Positions 19,421 to 28,413 of a DNA stretch of 64,000 bases are shown piece by piece (position 1 is the stretch's first letter; every line of letters begins with the position of its first letter). The notes under the pieces were generated by a model that worked only from the letters and a program-made list of their open reading frames with translations, had not been told where the DNA came from and searched no databases. The stretch is from Candidatus Obscuribacterales bacterium (GTDB taxonomy: Bacteria > Cyanobacteriota > Vampirovibrionia > Obscuribacterales > Obscuribacteraceae). The stretch covers positions 1,312,001 to 1,376,000 of the forward strand of contig CBDDIJ010000002.1 in assembly GCA_965228855.1 (NCBI GenBank), in the 5' to 3' direction. The position numbers and the translations under genes were made by a program.

Positions 19421-20422
19421 ATGAGCAAAAAGAAAAAGAGAAATGCGAAAAAAATGGCTTCCACTCCCGAGATCGCGGCACTCAAAGATGCCGTAGTCGA
19501 GACGAGCGCCGAAGCTGTCGCAGAGGAAGTCGCAGCTGAAGCGCCGGAAGCCGAAACCGATGGTGCTAACACCGAAGACTCTGAGAACAAAGAATCTGAG
19601 GCGGAAGTAACCGAGGCGGAAGCCGCTTCAGAAGAGGTAAGTGAAGCGGCGACGGAAGAGAATTCTGAAGCCAAAGAAGAAAGTGCTGCTGCGGAAGACG
19701 CTCCGGAGGCGAGCGAGGACGTGAAGGATGGTGATGCGGAGGCCGCCGAAGAAACAGCTGAAGTGAGCGCGGAAGCATCTGATGATAAAGAGGAATCTTC
19801 GGACGCAAAAGAAGAGTGTTCCGGAGAGCAAGAAAACAAGGAAGAATGCTCCGAGGAAAAGGAAGAATGTTCTGAGCACAAAGAAGAATGCTCCGAACAC
19901 AAGGAAGAAGAATGCTCTGACTCGAAGGCTGATGACTCTGAATCCAGTGATGATGCGCCGGCGCAAGAAGCGGCTGGCGAGGAAACCACTGCGGAGCCTG
20001 TAGCCGAGGAGTCGGCGCAAGAAGAATCCGAAGCGGAAGCATCCACAGAGGAGAAGTCGGAAGAAGGCGCTGATGAAGCGGCGGAAACGACAGCCGAAGC
20101 GGAAGCGACTGCTGAAGAGAGTGGTTCGTCGGAAGAACCGGAAGCTGCTAAGGAAGATGATACAGAATCATCCGAAGAAAAAGCAGAGTCCGATGAATCC
20201 AGCGAGCCAACCGCCGAAGCAGAGTCTGAGGCAGAAGCGAAAGAAGAAGAACCTCCTTCGGAAAACGAGGCAGAAGCTTCTTCAGAAGATGTGAAATCCG
20301 AGTCCGAAGAGGAGGCAGCACCTGCTGCGGAAACTTCGGAGGAAGAAGCTACATCAGCGGATGCTGAGGCTGCATCTTCGGATGAGGAGAAGAAAGAAGA
20401 CGACGAGACGCAAGTCGCATAG
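19421..20422 (+). CDS. Highly acidic low-complexity (Glu/Ala/Ser) protein with Cys/His repeats
   Basis: GAGG RBS; basic N-terminus MSKKKKRNAKK, then an E/A/S/D-rich body; downstream terminator. Confidence 0.8.
   Translation: MSKKKKRNAKKMASTPEIAALKDAVVETSAEAVAEEVAAEAPEAETDGANTEDSENKESEAEVTEAEAASEEVSEAATEENSEAKEESAAAEDAPEASEDVKDGDAEAAEETAEVSAEASDDKEESSDAKEECSGEQENKEECSEEKEECSEHKEECSEHKEEECSDSKADDSESSDDAPAQEAAGEETTAEPVAEESAQEESEAEASTEEKSEEGADEAAETTAEAEATAEESGSSEEPEAAKEDDTESSEEKAESDESSEPTAEAESEAEAKEEEPPSENEAEASSEDVKSESEEEAAPAAETSEEEATSADAEAASSDEEKKEDDETQVA
19808..19921 (+). repeat. Degenerate coding tandem repeat, KEECS-type x5 (21-nt core unit)
   Basis: KEECSGEQEN KEECSEE KEECSEH KEECSEH KEEECSD. 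Confidence 0.85.
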
Positions 20423-20454
20423 AGAGTTTCAATCGATATCCTCCAATTGGCATT

Positions 20455-20487
20455 GGGTGGCGCGCCTGGTACTTAGCGCCACCCTTT
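20455..20487 (+). terminator. Intrinsic terminator-like hairpin between convergent genes
   Basis: gggtggcgc-N12-gcgccaccc followed by ttt. Confidence 0.6.
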
Positions 20488-20492
20488 GCTGT

Positions 20493-22046
20493 TTAGAAGA
20501 AATATGCGAAATAGATGCATGTGAGTGCGAGCAGTAGGAATATCGTGCCGAAACCGAACGCAACCTTTTTGGTTGTGTCATTGTCGAACATGCCGGCAAT
20601 CGCGTAGAAGAGCATGAACAGGAGAGCGAAGAAAATCACAAAGCGTGCAGTAATGAGCATCTGCACTAAACCCGCCCAAGCCGGCGCAATATCCAGAACG
20701 CAGACTTTCGAGATATCGCGGAGAAAGTTCAGCTTCGGTGCGGTCGGCTGTTTCTGTTCACCTTTTTCAAAGACCAGGTAAAACGGATCGCCGGTGCTTG
20801 TGGTGAAGAAGCGCGAGTTGCGATTGCAACCATGGATAACCAGCGTTTCCGGCACGCTCATATTTCTCTGATGAGAGATGTGTCCGATGTTGATGCAGCC
20901 TGGATAGAGCATAGGTTCGCCCGGCCAGAGCGCACCTTTCTGGATCGAGCCGAGAAAAGGACCAGGGTCGCTGTGACCGGGCGCTGTTACAACTTGAATG
21001 AGCGGGTAGTCGTTGCGTTGCGTGTACGGATTGAAGTACGTAAAATCGCCGATTTCAGTGATCTTGTCCGGATAAACTTTTCGCTTCTTGTAGTACCGAC
21101 TGGACATATCGGCTACATTCGCGATTTGCGCCAGCATATCGCGATCCATGTGGCGGTCGTGCAGGTAGGTGCGCTTCCCGTCGGTCAGACCATCCGGATT
21201 GCGGTGCAACCACAATTCCTTCTCGAACGGAAGGGACATGAGTAAGTCGCCGATTTCGAGCGGGCTGTAACCGTAGGTGCTAAACGGCAGCAAGACCTTT
21301 TCCCCATCGATCTGTGCTTCCATTTTTGTCGGTGAAACAAACTGCAGTTCAACACGGTTGTCGGCGGTGATGTAGCGAGTTGGTGAACCGGAGCCATCGA
21401 TGCCGGTCTTCGGTTGCGATAGTTCACTGTTGTGCTCGCCTGTATAAAGCATCTTCAGTCCGAACAATCCGCCGACCATTGCGCCGAGCAGCAAAAGAAA
21501 TACGAAAGTGACGATCAGTCCACCGGCCTTTGATACTGCCGCGCGCCACTGTTGCTTCTGTCGCTTCCAGTATTCGCCGAATGTCGCGACCTTTTCGTCG
21601 TATTCATCCTCTTCCGGCTCTTTGTCTTCGTCTACGGATTTGGCTGTGGTGCGAATATTCTTTACTTGCTGGGCTTTCTGAGCGCGCTCGGCGGTTGACG
21701 CGTAATGGTGCAGTTCCTTGACTTCCTTGGCGATATCGTGTTTGCCAAGGGTTTCGCACATCGTCGCGATGTTCATAACTGTGCGAGAGACGTCTGCGTG
21801 CGTGTGACCAAGCGCGCCGGTTTGCGCCTCCAGAAGCTGGAGCGACCAGTCGATGGCGGCGTCAAAGTCGCCTTTGTTCGAAGTAATCGTTACGAGGCTC
21901 TTGAGCGACAAGATTGCCAGGTGATGTTTCTTTTCCAGATTGTTCAGTGCGCCGACGAACAACTGCTCCGCGCGCTCCGGATTATCATCCTCGAGGGCTC
22001 GAATCGCTTCACTGAAAAGCTGGCTTCCGCGCTCTTCGCTGGTCAT
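20493..22046 (-). CDS. TPR-containing membrane protein
   Basis: N-terminal TPR-like helices, one central TM, an extracytoplasmic domain and C-terminal TMs. Confidence 0.7.
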   Translation of the reverse strand: MTSEERGSQLFSEAIRALEDDNPERAEQLFVGALNNLEKKHHLAILSLKSLVTITSNKGDFDAAIDWSLQLLEAQTGALGHTHADVSRTVMNIATMCETLGKHDIAKEVKELHHYASTAERAQKAQQVKNIRTTAKSVDEDKEPEEDEYDEKVATFGEYWKRQKQQWRAAVSKAGGLIVTFVFLLLLGAMVGGLFGLKMLYTGEHNSELSQPKTGIDGSGSPTRYITADNRVELQFVSPTKMEAQIDGEKVLLPFSTYGYSPLEIGDLLMSLPFEKELWLHRNPDGLTDGKRTYLHDRHMDRDMLAQIANVADMSSRYYKKRKVYPDKITEIGDFTYFNPYTQRNDYPLIQVVTAPGHSDPGPFLGSIQKGALWPGEPMLYPGCINIGHISHQRNMSVPETLVIHGCNRNSRFFTTSTGDPFYLVFEKGEQKQPTAPKLNFLRDISKVCVLDIAPAWAGLVQMLITARFVIFFALLFMLFYAIAGMFDNDTTKKVAFGFGTIFLLLALTCIYFAYFF

Positions 22047-22110
22047 CTTACAACTGTTAGTATCTCTGAACGTAAGCTAGTATAGCCTCTTTAAAGCCTA
22101 TTCCTAGTTT

Positions 22111-22803
22111 TCAATTCTCCGGGTTAATGGGCAGCACGAGACTGCCGACCGCTTCGCCGGATGGATGAACGGTTACGGGCAATGATAGCTCGGAGGGAAT
22201 GCTGACACTGAAGGGCAAATAAACTTTTCCGGTCGTTGATTCACCGGGAAACAGTGTGCGCTGGCCGAACCTGCGTTCAGCCAGCTTGCGTCTCTGCTGA
22301 TCGCGTCCGTAATAGGGAGTACCGTCATCTTGATACTGGGTGATCTCGTCTCCAATTGCTGGAACCGCTCCAGCTGACGCGAGCGAGATGGCAACTTCCA
22401 TGACATCTTTCGGAACCTGAGATTTCATCGGCGGTTTCTTAACGTCGTATTGTGATTGTGCAGGTTCTTCCACGCGACCATTGCGAACGACGGCCTGGTC
22501 GCCGGCGAAAACCAGAGCGCGTTTTCCTCTATTCACCAGATACAGTGTCAGGCTCTTTCCGTCGCTGTTCAAATTCACTCGACCCTGCAGTTCCTGCTTG
22601 GTTAATACTCCGGTCAGCACCGTCGGCGGTGCCTTGCTGGCCAATGGATCGTCATGCAACTTCTGACCGGAGTCATCGACTGTTGCAGCGGGAACCGGCG
22701 ATTGGCGAAGTTCGAGAGTTTGCGCAAAACATGGTGCCTGCAGGATTAAAAACACACCCGCTGTCGCCAGAGCAATCGTTCCAACTTTCAATACCGCTGT
22801 CAT
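22111..22803 (-). CDS. Secreted hypothetical protein
   Basis: Signal peptide ending APCFA; ATGA overlap with the ABC ATPase gene. Confidence 0.7.
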   Translation of the reverse strand: MTAVLKVGTIALATAGVFLILQAPCFAQTLELRQSPVPAATVDDSGQKLHDDPLASKAPPTVLTGVLTKQELQGRVNLNSDGKSLTLYLVNRGKRALVFAGDQAVVRNGRVEEPAQSQYDVKKPPMKSQVPKDVMEVAISLASAGAVPAIGDEITQYQDDGTPYYGRDQQRRKLAERRFGQRTLFPGESTTGKVYLPFSVSIPSELSLPVTVHPSGEAVGSLVLPINPEN

Positions 22804-23498
22804 GACACCGTTCCCATCGCTATGTCCTCGAGTATTTTACCGTCTCTCACTTTGATTATTCGATTCGCTCTGCTTGCCGTTTCCGGATCGTGAGTGACGA
22901 GAATTACTGTCATCCCTTCCTTTACCAATCGCCCGAACAAGTCCATGATTTCGCTTGCCGTCGTGCTGTCCAATGCTCCAGTCGGTTCGTCTGCAAGAAG
23001 AATACTCGGTTTGTTCACGATAGCTCTGGCAATTGCCACGCGTTGTTGTTGTCCGCCCGATAGTTCGTTCGGCCGGTGATGCATTCTATTTTCCAATCCT
23101 ACTTCTTTGAGCGCAAGCTCAGCACGAATCTTTCTTTCCTTTCCGGGAATTCCTGCGTAAACAAGAGGGAGCATCACGTTTTTCAATGCCGACATGCTCC
23201 CCAGCAAATTGAATTGTTGAAACACGAAACCTACAGTTTTATTTCGGATTGTCGCCAGTTCATCATCGGTTCTATTCTCGATGTCGATGCCGTCGAGCAT
23301 ATAGGTTCCGCGCGTCGGTCGATCCAGACACCCAATGATGTTCATCAATGTCGACTTCCCGGAGCCTGATGTGCCTACGATCGCGGAATATTCCCCGTGC
23401 CGTATGGAGAGACTCACGCCCTGAAGCGCGTAGACCGGCTCTTCGGCGTCTTCATTGTAGATTCGCCAGACATCTTTTAGCTCAATGACATTCGACAT
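22800..23498 (-). CDS. MacB/LolD-type ABC transporter ATP-binding protein
   Basis: [43 protein letters not shown]; start MSNVIEL. Confidence 0.95.
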   Translation of the reverse strand: MSNVIELKDVWRIYNEDAEEPVYALQGVSLSIRHGEYSAIVGTSGSGKSTLMNIIGCLDRPTRGTYMLDGIDIENRTDDELATIRNKTVGFVFQQFNLLGSMSALKNVMLPLVYAGIPGKERKIRAELALKEVGLENRMHHRPNELSGGQQQRVAIARAIVNKPSILLADEPTGALDSTTASEIMDLFGRLVKEGMTVILVTHDPETASRANRIIKVRDGKILEDIAMGTVS

Positions 23499-23506
23499 CG
23501 GAGCAC

Positions 23507-24733
23507 CTATTCCGATCTGAGCGCGACGATAGGATCGAGCATCGCGGCCTTTTTGGCGGGATAGATGCCGAAAAATAGTCCTATCGCGAGAGAAACGCAA
23601 ACCGACAGAATGATTGAAATCGGAGTGACCACAGTCGGCCATTCTGCAATATTCGATATAAAGTGAGAGCCGGACACACCAAGAAGAATGCCGAGAATGC
23701 CACCGGTGGTAGAGATGAGCACAGCTTCGATTACGAATTGGGCGAGGATCTGATTGTGCTTGGCGCCCAGGGCCTTGCGAACGCCAATCTCTCTTGTTCT
23801 CTCAGTGACGGAAACCAGCATGATATTCATGATTCCGATACCACCGACCAGAAGAGAAATTCCAGCCGTCGCTCCAAGCAGAAGCGAGAAAACACCTGTG
23901 ATGGACTGCGCTGTTTGCATGATGTCGACTTGCGTGCGAACCATGAAGTCGTCCTCTTCAGGGTTTTGAATGTTGTGGCGCAAGCGCAGAAGATTGGTTA
24001 TTTGAAACTGCGCTTGCCAATCCTCTCCGTCCTTTGACTGCGCAAGGATGTTTCTAACTGTCTTGCCTGTAACTTGATTCAAGCCAAACAGGGTCGCGTA
24101 GCCTGTGGAGAGCGGTATGAATATTTGATCGTCCATATCCATTCCCTGCGTCATGCCTTTCTTTTCCATGACGCCTATCACATCGAAAAGCTCGCCTCTG
24201 ATGAGAAGCTGCTTGCCGACAGGGTTTCCTTCGCCTATAAGATCGTTTGCGACGGTATCGCCAATGATGCATACGCGGGCGGCATCATCGAGTTCTCTCT
24301 TCGTGAAAAAGCGTCCTCGATCCGCGTAGAAGTTTCTGATATCGGGATAATTTGGCTCAGTCGCGTTGACCTGAGTCATGGTGTTCTTTTCGCCGTACTG
24401 CACCTGGAAGCTCTGGCTGTACTGCGCGGCTACCTCCTTGACCGCCGGGCAATTCTCCCTTATCGCGACAGCGTCGTCGTAAGTCAAAGTAGGAGAGTTT
24501 CCCTGACCCATCGAAATGCCCATGCTGCTCACTTGACCCGGGCGAATGTAGATCAGGTTGACTCCTAGCGATTGAACCTGTTTTTCAGCTTCTTGTTTAG
24601 CACCTTCACCGATACCGATTAAGGTGATTACTGAAGCGATGCCGATCAAAATTCCAAGCACGGTCAATGCGCTTCTCAGTCGATTGCTGAGAATCCCCTG
24701 CCATGCAACTGATAGAAGTTCGACTATGTTCAT
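23507..24733 (-). CDS. MacB/FtsX-family ABC permease
   Basis: NRLRSALTVLGILIG, VGGIGIMNIMLVSVTERTREIGVRKALGA, LDPIVALR. Confidence 0.95.
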   Translation of the reverse strand: MNIVELLSVAWQGILSNRLRSALTVLGILIGIASVITLIGIGEGAKQEAEKQVQSLGVNLIYIRPGQVSSMGISMGQGNSPTLTYDDAVAIRENCPAVKEVAAQYSQSFQVQYGEKNTMTQVNATEPNYPDIRNFYADRGRFFTKRELDDAARVCIIGDTVANDLIGEGNPVGKQLLIRGELFDVIGVMEKKGMTQGMDMDDQIFIPLSTGYATLFGLNQVTGKTVRNILAQSKDGEDWQAQFQITNLLRLRHNIQNPEEDDFMVRTQVDIMQTAQSITGVFSLLLGATAGISLLVGGIGIMNIMLVSVTERTREIGVRKALGAKHNQILAQFVIEAVLISTTGGILGILLGVSGSHFISNIAEWPTVVTPISIILSVCVSLAIGLFFGIYPAKKAAMLDPIVALRSE

Positions 24734-24737
24734 GATC

Positions 24738-26234
24738 TTAGCGGAAACCGCGTCCCATGCCGCGACCGCCGCCGCCGCCCATGAAGCCGCCGGGTCGCTT
24801 GCCGTCGTAGCCTTCGCGAGACAACTGTTCTTTAGACAAACCTTCGAAAACTTCGTCGCCTTCCTTCAAGCCTTCCAGGATCACGATGTCGTGACCAAGG
24901 CTCTGACCGGTTTTCACTGGCTTGAAGTCCGGCTCGTTGCCGTCTCCGGGAACGTAAACACCGGTCTTTCCTTTACGTGATACCACGCATACCGTAGGGA
25001 TTGTGATGGCATCATCTATGGTGCCGGTCACGAATTTAGCGGACACGTTCATTCCTGATAGCAGCTCGCCTTTAGGATCTCCGGTAAGGTCAGCGTGCAC
25101 TTCGAAAGTAGTCACGTTCTGGGTTACGATCGCAGCAGGCGCGATCTGCGTAACTTTGCCTTTGAATACGCGGTCTGGATAAGCGGTCGCGGTAATCTCA
25201 ACCGGTTGACCAATAGTTATTTTTGGAACATTGGATTCGGCAACTTGAGCGACCATCTCTAGCTTCCCGGACAATGAAATGATCGAGCTGGATGTTGCCG
25301 ATGTTGTTGCGGCCGACGTTGTCGGTGTGACGATCGCACCAGCGTCTGCATACTTCTGGGTGACGATCCCATCAAAGGGAGCGCGTACCTTCGTGTCGTA
25401 TAGCAGGCTCTCCATGTATTTTAGCTGTCCTCTGGATTGAACGGCCATGTTCCTAGCTTCTTCGATGTCTTCTGCGCGAAAGCCCGACTTCATCAAGCTG
25501 TACTGTTCTCTCGTCGCTTCGAGCTCGGCCTGGCTCTGAGCCATCGCTTGCTCGGCTTGCTCGCGCTCACGCTCGGCCGCATGCAATTGCGACAAAGTTA
25601 CGGTCGCTGCCGTCTCCGCGTCAATTTTTGCTTGCTCGGAAACCGCACCAGCTCCCGAAAGCAAACCCTGCCGTTTGGCGAACGCTTCATCGCGTTTTAG
25701 CTGGGCGGTTAATGCCTCAATCTGCGCGCTCAGTCGACTGATGTTGACTTTGGCCTGGTGAACGGCTTTCTGACCGCGCAACTCCTGGAATTTTGATGCC
25801 GCCACTTCTTGAGGTCTGTTTCCGTGCTGCATCTTCTCGAGGCGAGCCACCGCAGCCAGATATGTGCCACGAGCTGCCTCAACCTGCCCTTGCAGGTTTG
25901 ACGCGTCCATTTCCGCAATTACCTGACCGGTTTTGACGCGGTCACCTTGTTTTACATGCAGCTTCATAAGCAGTCCGGTTTGTTTTGGACTGAGTTTAAC
26001 TTCGTGGACCGGTCGAATAATGCCTGTTGCCAGAACTGTCAGGTCCGCCGGTCCGCGTTTAACCGTGATGATATTTCGGCGCGAATGCTTATGCTTTGCC
26101 TGATTCTCGTTTTGAATATAGAAGAAACCGCCTGCTGCAGCCCCAGCCAGAAGAACTGCAATAATCGAATAGCGCAGAATCTTCCGCTTTTGCGTTTGCT
26201 TGAAAGTCGTCGGTGTGAGTGTTTTCTGCTGCAT
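24738..26234 (-). CDS. Periplasmic adaptor (MacA/HlyD-type membrane fusion protein)
   Basis: N-terminal TM, lipoyl-like VKQGDRVKTGQ, long coiled coil, VRAPFDG. Confidence 0.92.
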   Translation of the reverse strand: MQQKTLTPTTFKQTQKRKILRYSIIAVLLAGAAAGGFFYIQNENQAKHKHSRRNIITVKRGPADLTVLATGIIRPVHEVKLSPKQTGLLMKLHVKQGDRVKTGQVIAEMDASNLQGQVEAARGTYLAAVARLEKMQHGNRPQEVAASKFQELRGQKAVHQAKVNISRLSAQIEALTAQLKRDEAFAKRQGLLSGAGAVSEQAKIDAETAATVTLSQLHAAEREREQAEQAMAQSQAELEATREQYSLMKSGFRAEDIEEARNMAVQSRGQLKYMESLLYDTKVRAPFDGIVTQKYADAGAIVTPTTSAATTSATSSSIISLSGKLEMVAQVAESNVPKITIGQPVEITATAYPDRVFKGKVTQIAPAAIVTQNVTTFEVHADLTGDPKGELLSGMNVSAKFVTGTIDDAITIPTVCVVSRKGKTGVYVPGDGNEPDFKPVKTGQSLGHDIVILEGLKEGDEVFEGLSKEQLSREGYDGKRPGGFMGGGGGRGMGRGFR

Positions 26235-26318
26235 TTTTGGTTCGCCGACTCGAATTGAGCCCCGCGGGGCCCTTCGTGAAACTATGTGGTTAATGACGGG
26301 AAGCGCACTCTGATGTTC

Positions 26319-28277
26319 CTATTGAGTGTTATTGGGCTGCTTGAGTCCGATCGGAAGCGGATATTCGTTAGTCAAGGTCGCTATAGATATTTGCCCAGTA
26401 TCGCGCAAAAGCTGTGCCTGAGAGATGTTGTAGTTAATTATGGCTTGTGCGTGGTTGGTCAAAGCGGTTACATAGTCCCGTTGTGCCTGAATCAGTTCAA
26501 GGTTGATACCTTGCCCGTAAGTGACGCGGAGGTTGGCCAGGCGGAGCTGTTCCGCAGAGGAAACCAGGGCTTCTGCTGCCACGTCGATTTGTTCTTTGGC
26601 GGTGAGCATACTCAGGTAAGAGGACCGCACACCCTGTACTACTGTAAGGTACTGGTCGTTGGACTGCAATAGAGCCTGGCGGGCCAGTGCTTGTGCGGAT
26701 AGTGTATTGCCGAGATCCGGTATGCCCATTCCGGTAAGCGACCAGCTCAGGTCGAAACCGGCACTGACGGAACGGCCTCCACTGCCACTAACCCCGATAC
26801 CACCACCTCCGCTGCCCCCTGTCGGAATGATGACTGTGGAGCCGCCGAGTCCACTGCTGCTACCGCTTCTGCTTGTTTCTGACTTTGTCACCGAAGTGAA
26901 AAACTGGAAGGTCGGATACAGGTTTGCCTGTGCAACCTGAACGTTGCGATTGGCAGCCATTCTAAGGAAGTTGTATTGTTTAAGTTCCGGACGATTTTGA
27001 TACGTTACGGCTAACAATTCGTTGATTCCGACTTGCGGATTGACCAGGCGTAGCTCTCGAACATTCGATTCTTCCGGAATGAAGTTGATTGCCATGCTGG
27101 TGTTCATCACGCGCGCCAGTTCCAACGCCGCCTGCCGGACGAGAACCTGCTGCTGGAGCAGCGCTTGTTTGTCCAACGCTAGCTGCGTTCTCGATTGATA
27201 AACCGCAAAGTTCGTGCCCACTCCGGCGTCGCGAAGTTGCTCGTTCAGCTTCAACTGTGTGCGGGAGAGTTCAACCGAGCGCACGCGGATCTGCAATAAC
27301 GTTTGTTGTAACAGTAAGTTGTAGTAGCCGCGATAACCAGCCAGCAGAGCGTCATTCACGGAAGCGTAGTAGCCGTATTTGAACGCGCGCGAATTGTAGT
27401 AGTTTGACAGAGCTCCGTATAAAACTCGACCGCCCTGATAAACAGGATATGTGAGGGTAGTCGAATTTGTGAAGATTGTACTTGTGGATGAGCCCGAATT
27501 CTCGATCTGTTGCCCACGGTATGTCAGTTGCAGGTTTGGCGCAAACCGACCCAGCGAGCCCAACAGCAAATATCTACGCGAATCATATGCTGCTTGAGAA
27601 ATCCGAATAGGCAGATTGTTATCGAGTGCAATCTGCAGAACCTTTTTCAAGTTGATCGCTTCGTTGTAGCTGGCTTCAAGCCGAATTGGAGGTAGTCTTC
27701 CTCCGCCAATCGGCAGCAATTCCGATGCAGGCACCGGCATTAGTGTCACTGATTCTGCTTCCTGCTTTTGCTGATCAGTTAATGACGGGTCTGCTGTACT
27801 GGATGAGTAAGGCGTCACCTGTCCCGGTTGTTCGGGATAAAGTTGCTCAAGCGTCGAGCCCGGGGAGGGCGTCGGCGGCGATTGCGACGTCTCGGGTTGC
27901 AGTGGCGCTACCGGTTTTGGATGAATAGGATCAGGGACACTTATTATGGGCTGTGCCTGGGGAAAGTTGGGCGCCTTGACCGGGCCGCCTGTAGAAGGAG
28001 ACGGTGAAGCAGTCTCACCTGAATCAGGCTTTCCGAATGGACCGGCGCTGGTTGTGCCATCAGGTGGATTGGTAGAGGGTTGGGCATTCCGAATCGCTTG
28101 AGGATCTGGAATCGGTTTCGTTACTGGAGCCGATTGAGGAGTTGTCTCGTGATTGGTCGTGCCGGCTGGACCGCGCAACACTGGGTTGCCTTCGGAGGAT
28201 TGCGCCAATACAGGCATTGCCGGCATCAGAGACAGCGAGATACAGAGATACGATAAGAACTTAGGTGGCCTACGCAT
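26319..28277 (-). CDS. TolC-family outer membrane efflux protein with Pro-rich N-terminal extension
   Basis: Signal peptide; two OEP-like halves (LKKVLQIALDNN; G-x-NLELIQAQRD); upstream of the MFP/ABC genes. Confidence 0.9.
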   Translation of the reverse strand: MRRPPKFLSYLCISLSLMPAMPVLAQSSEGNPVLRGPAGTTNHETTPQSAPVTKPIPDPQAIRNAQPSTNPPDGTTSAGPFGKPDSGETASPSPSTGGPVKAPNFPQAQPIISVPDPIHPKPVAPLQPETSQSPPTPSPGSTLEQLYPEQPGQVTPYSSSTADPSLTDQQKQEAESVTLMPVPASELLPIGGGRLPPIRLEASYNEAINLKKVLQIALDNNLPIRISQAAYDSRRYLLLGSLGRFAPNLQLTYRGQQIENSGSSTSTIFTNSTTLTYPVYQGGRVLYGALSNYYNSRAFKYGYYASVNDALLAGYRGYYNLLLQQTLLQIRVRSVELSRTQLKLNEQLRDAGVGTNFAVYQSRTQLALDKQALLQQQVLVRQAALELARVMNTSMAINFIPEESNVRELRLVNPQVGINELLAVTYQNRPELKQYNFLRMAANRNVQVAQANLYPTFQFFTSVTKSETSRSGSSSGLGGSTVIIPTGGSGGGGIGVSGSGGRSVSAGFDLSWSLTGMGIPDLGNTLSAQALARQALLQSNDQYLTVVQGVRSSYLSMLTAKEQIDVAAEALVSSAEQLRLANLRVTYGQGINLELIQAQRDYVTALTNHAQAIINYNISQAQLLRDTGQISIATLTNEYPLPIGLKQPNNTQ

Positions 28278-28413
28278 AAGATCCCTGACGTAGAAAAGTT
28301 TTCAAGTGTTCTGCTGTTGACTACTGAATTTCAAATTCTCTACGTCAAAAAATGAAACGCCCGTCTGCAGGTCAGCGTTAATTCAACCAATCTATTGTGA
28401 AACAGTCAATTAT

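Noticed and set aside
19808..19921. Short repeats considered as a CRISPR array
   Set aside because: In-frame degenerate coding repeats with no unique spacers and no cas genes
19327..20046. 239-aa Ser-rich minus-strand ORF and other overlapping ORFs
   Set aside because: Antisense shadow of the Glu/Ala-rich gene, which has the RBS and terminator
23499..23642. N-terminal extension of the ABC ATPase in the ORF track (similar extensions on yebC, GT2, NUDIX, wzm and the 37492 ORF)
   Set aside because: Extensions overlap neighbouring genes or precede the family-typical start; downstream ATGs were used instead
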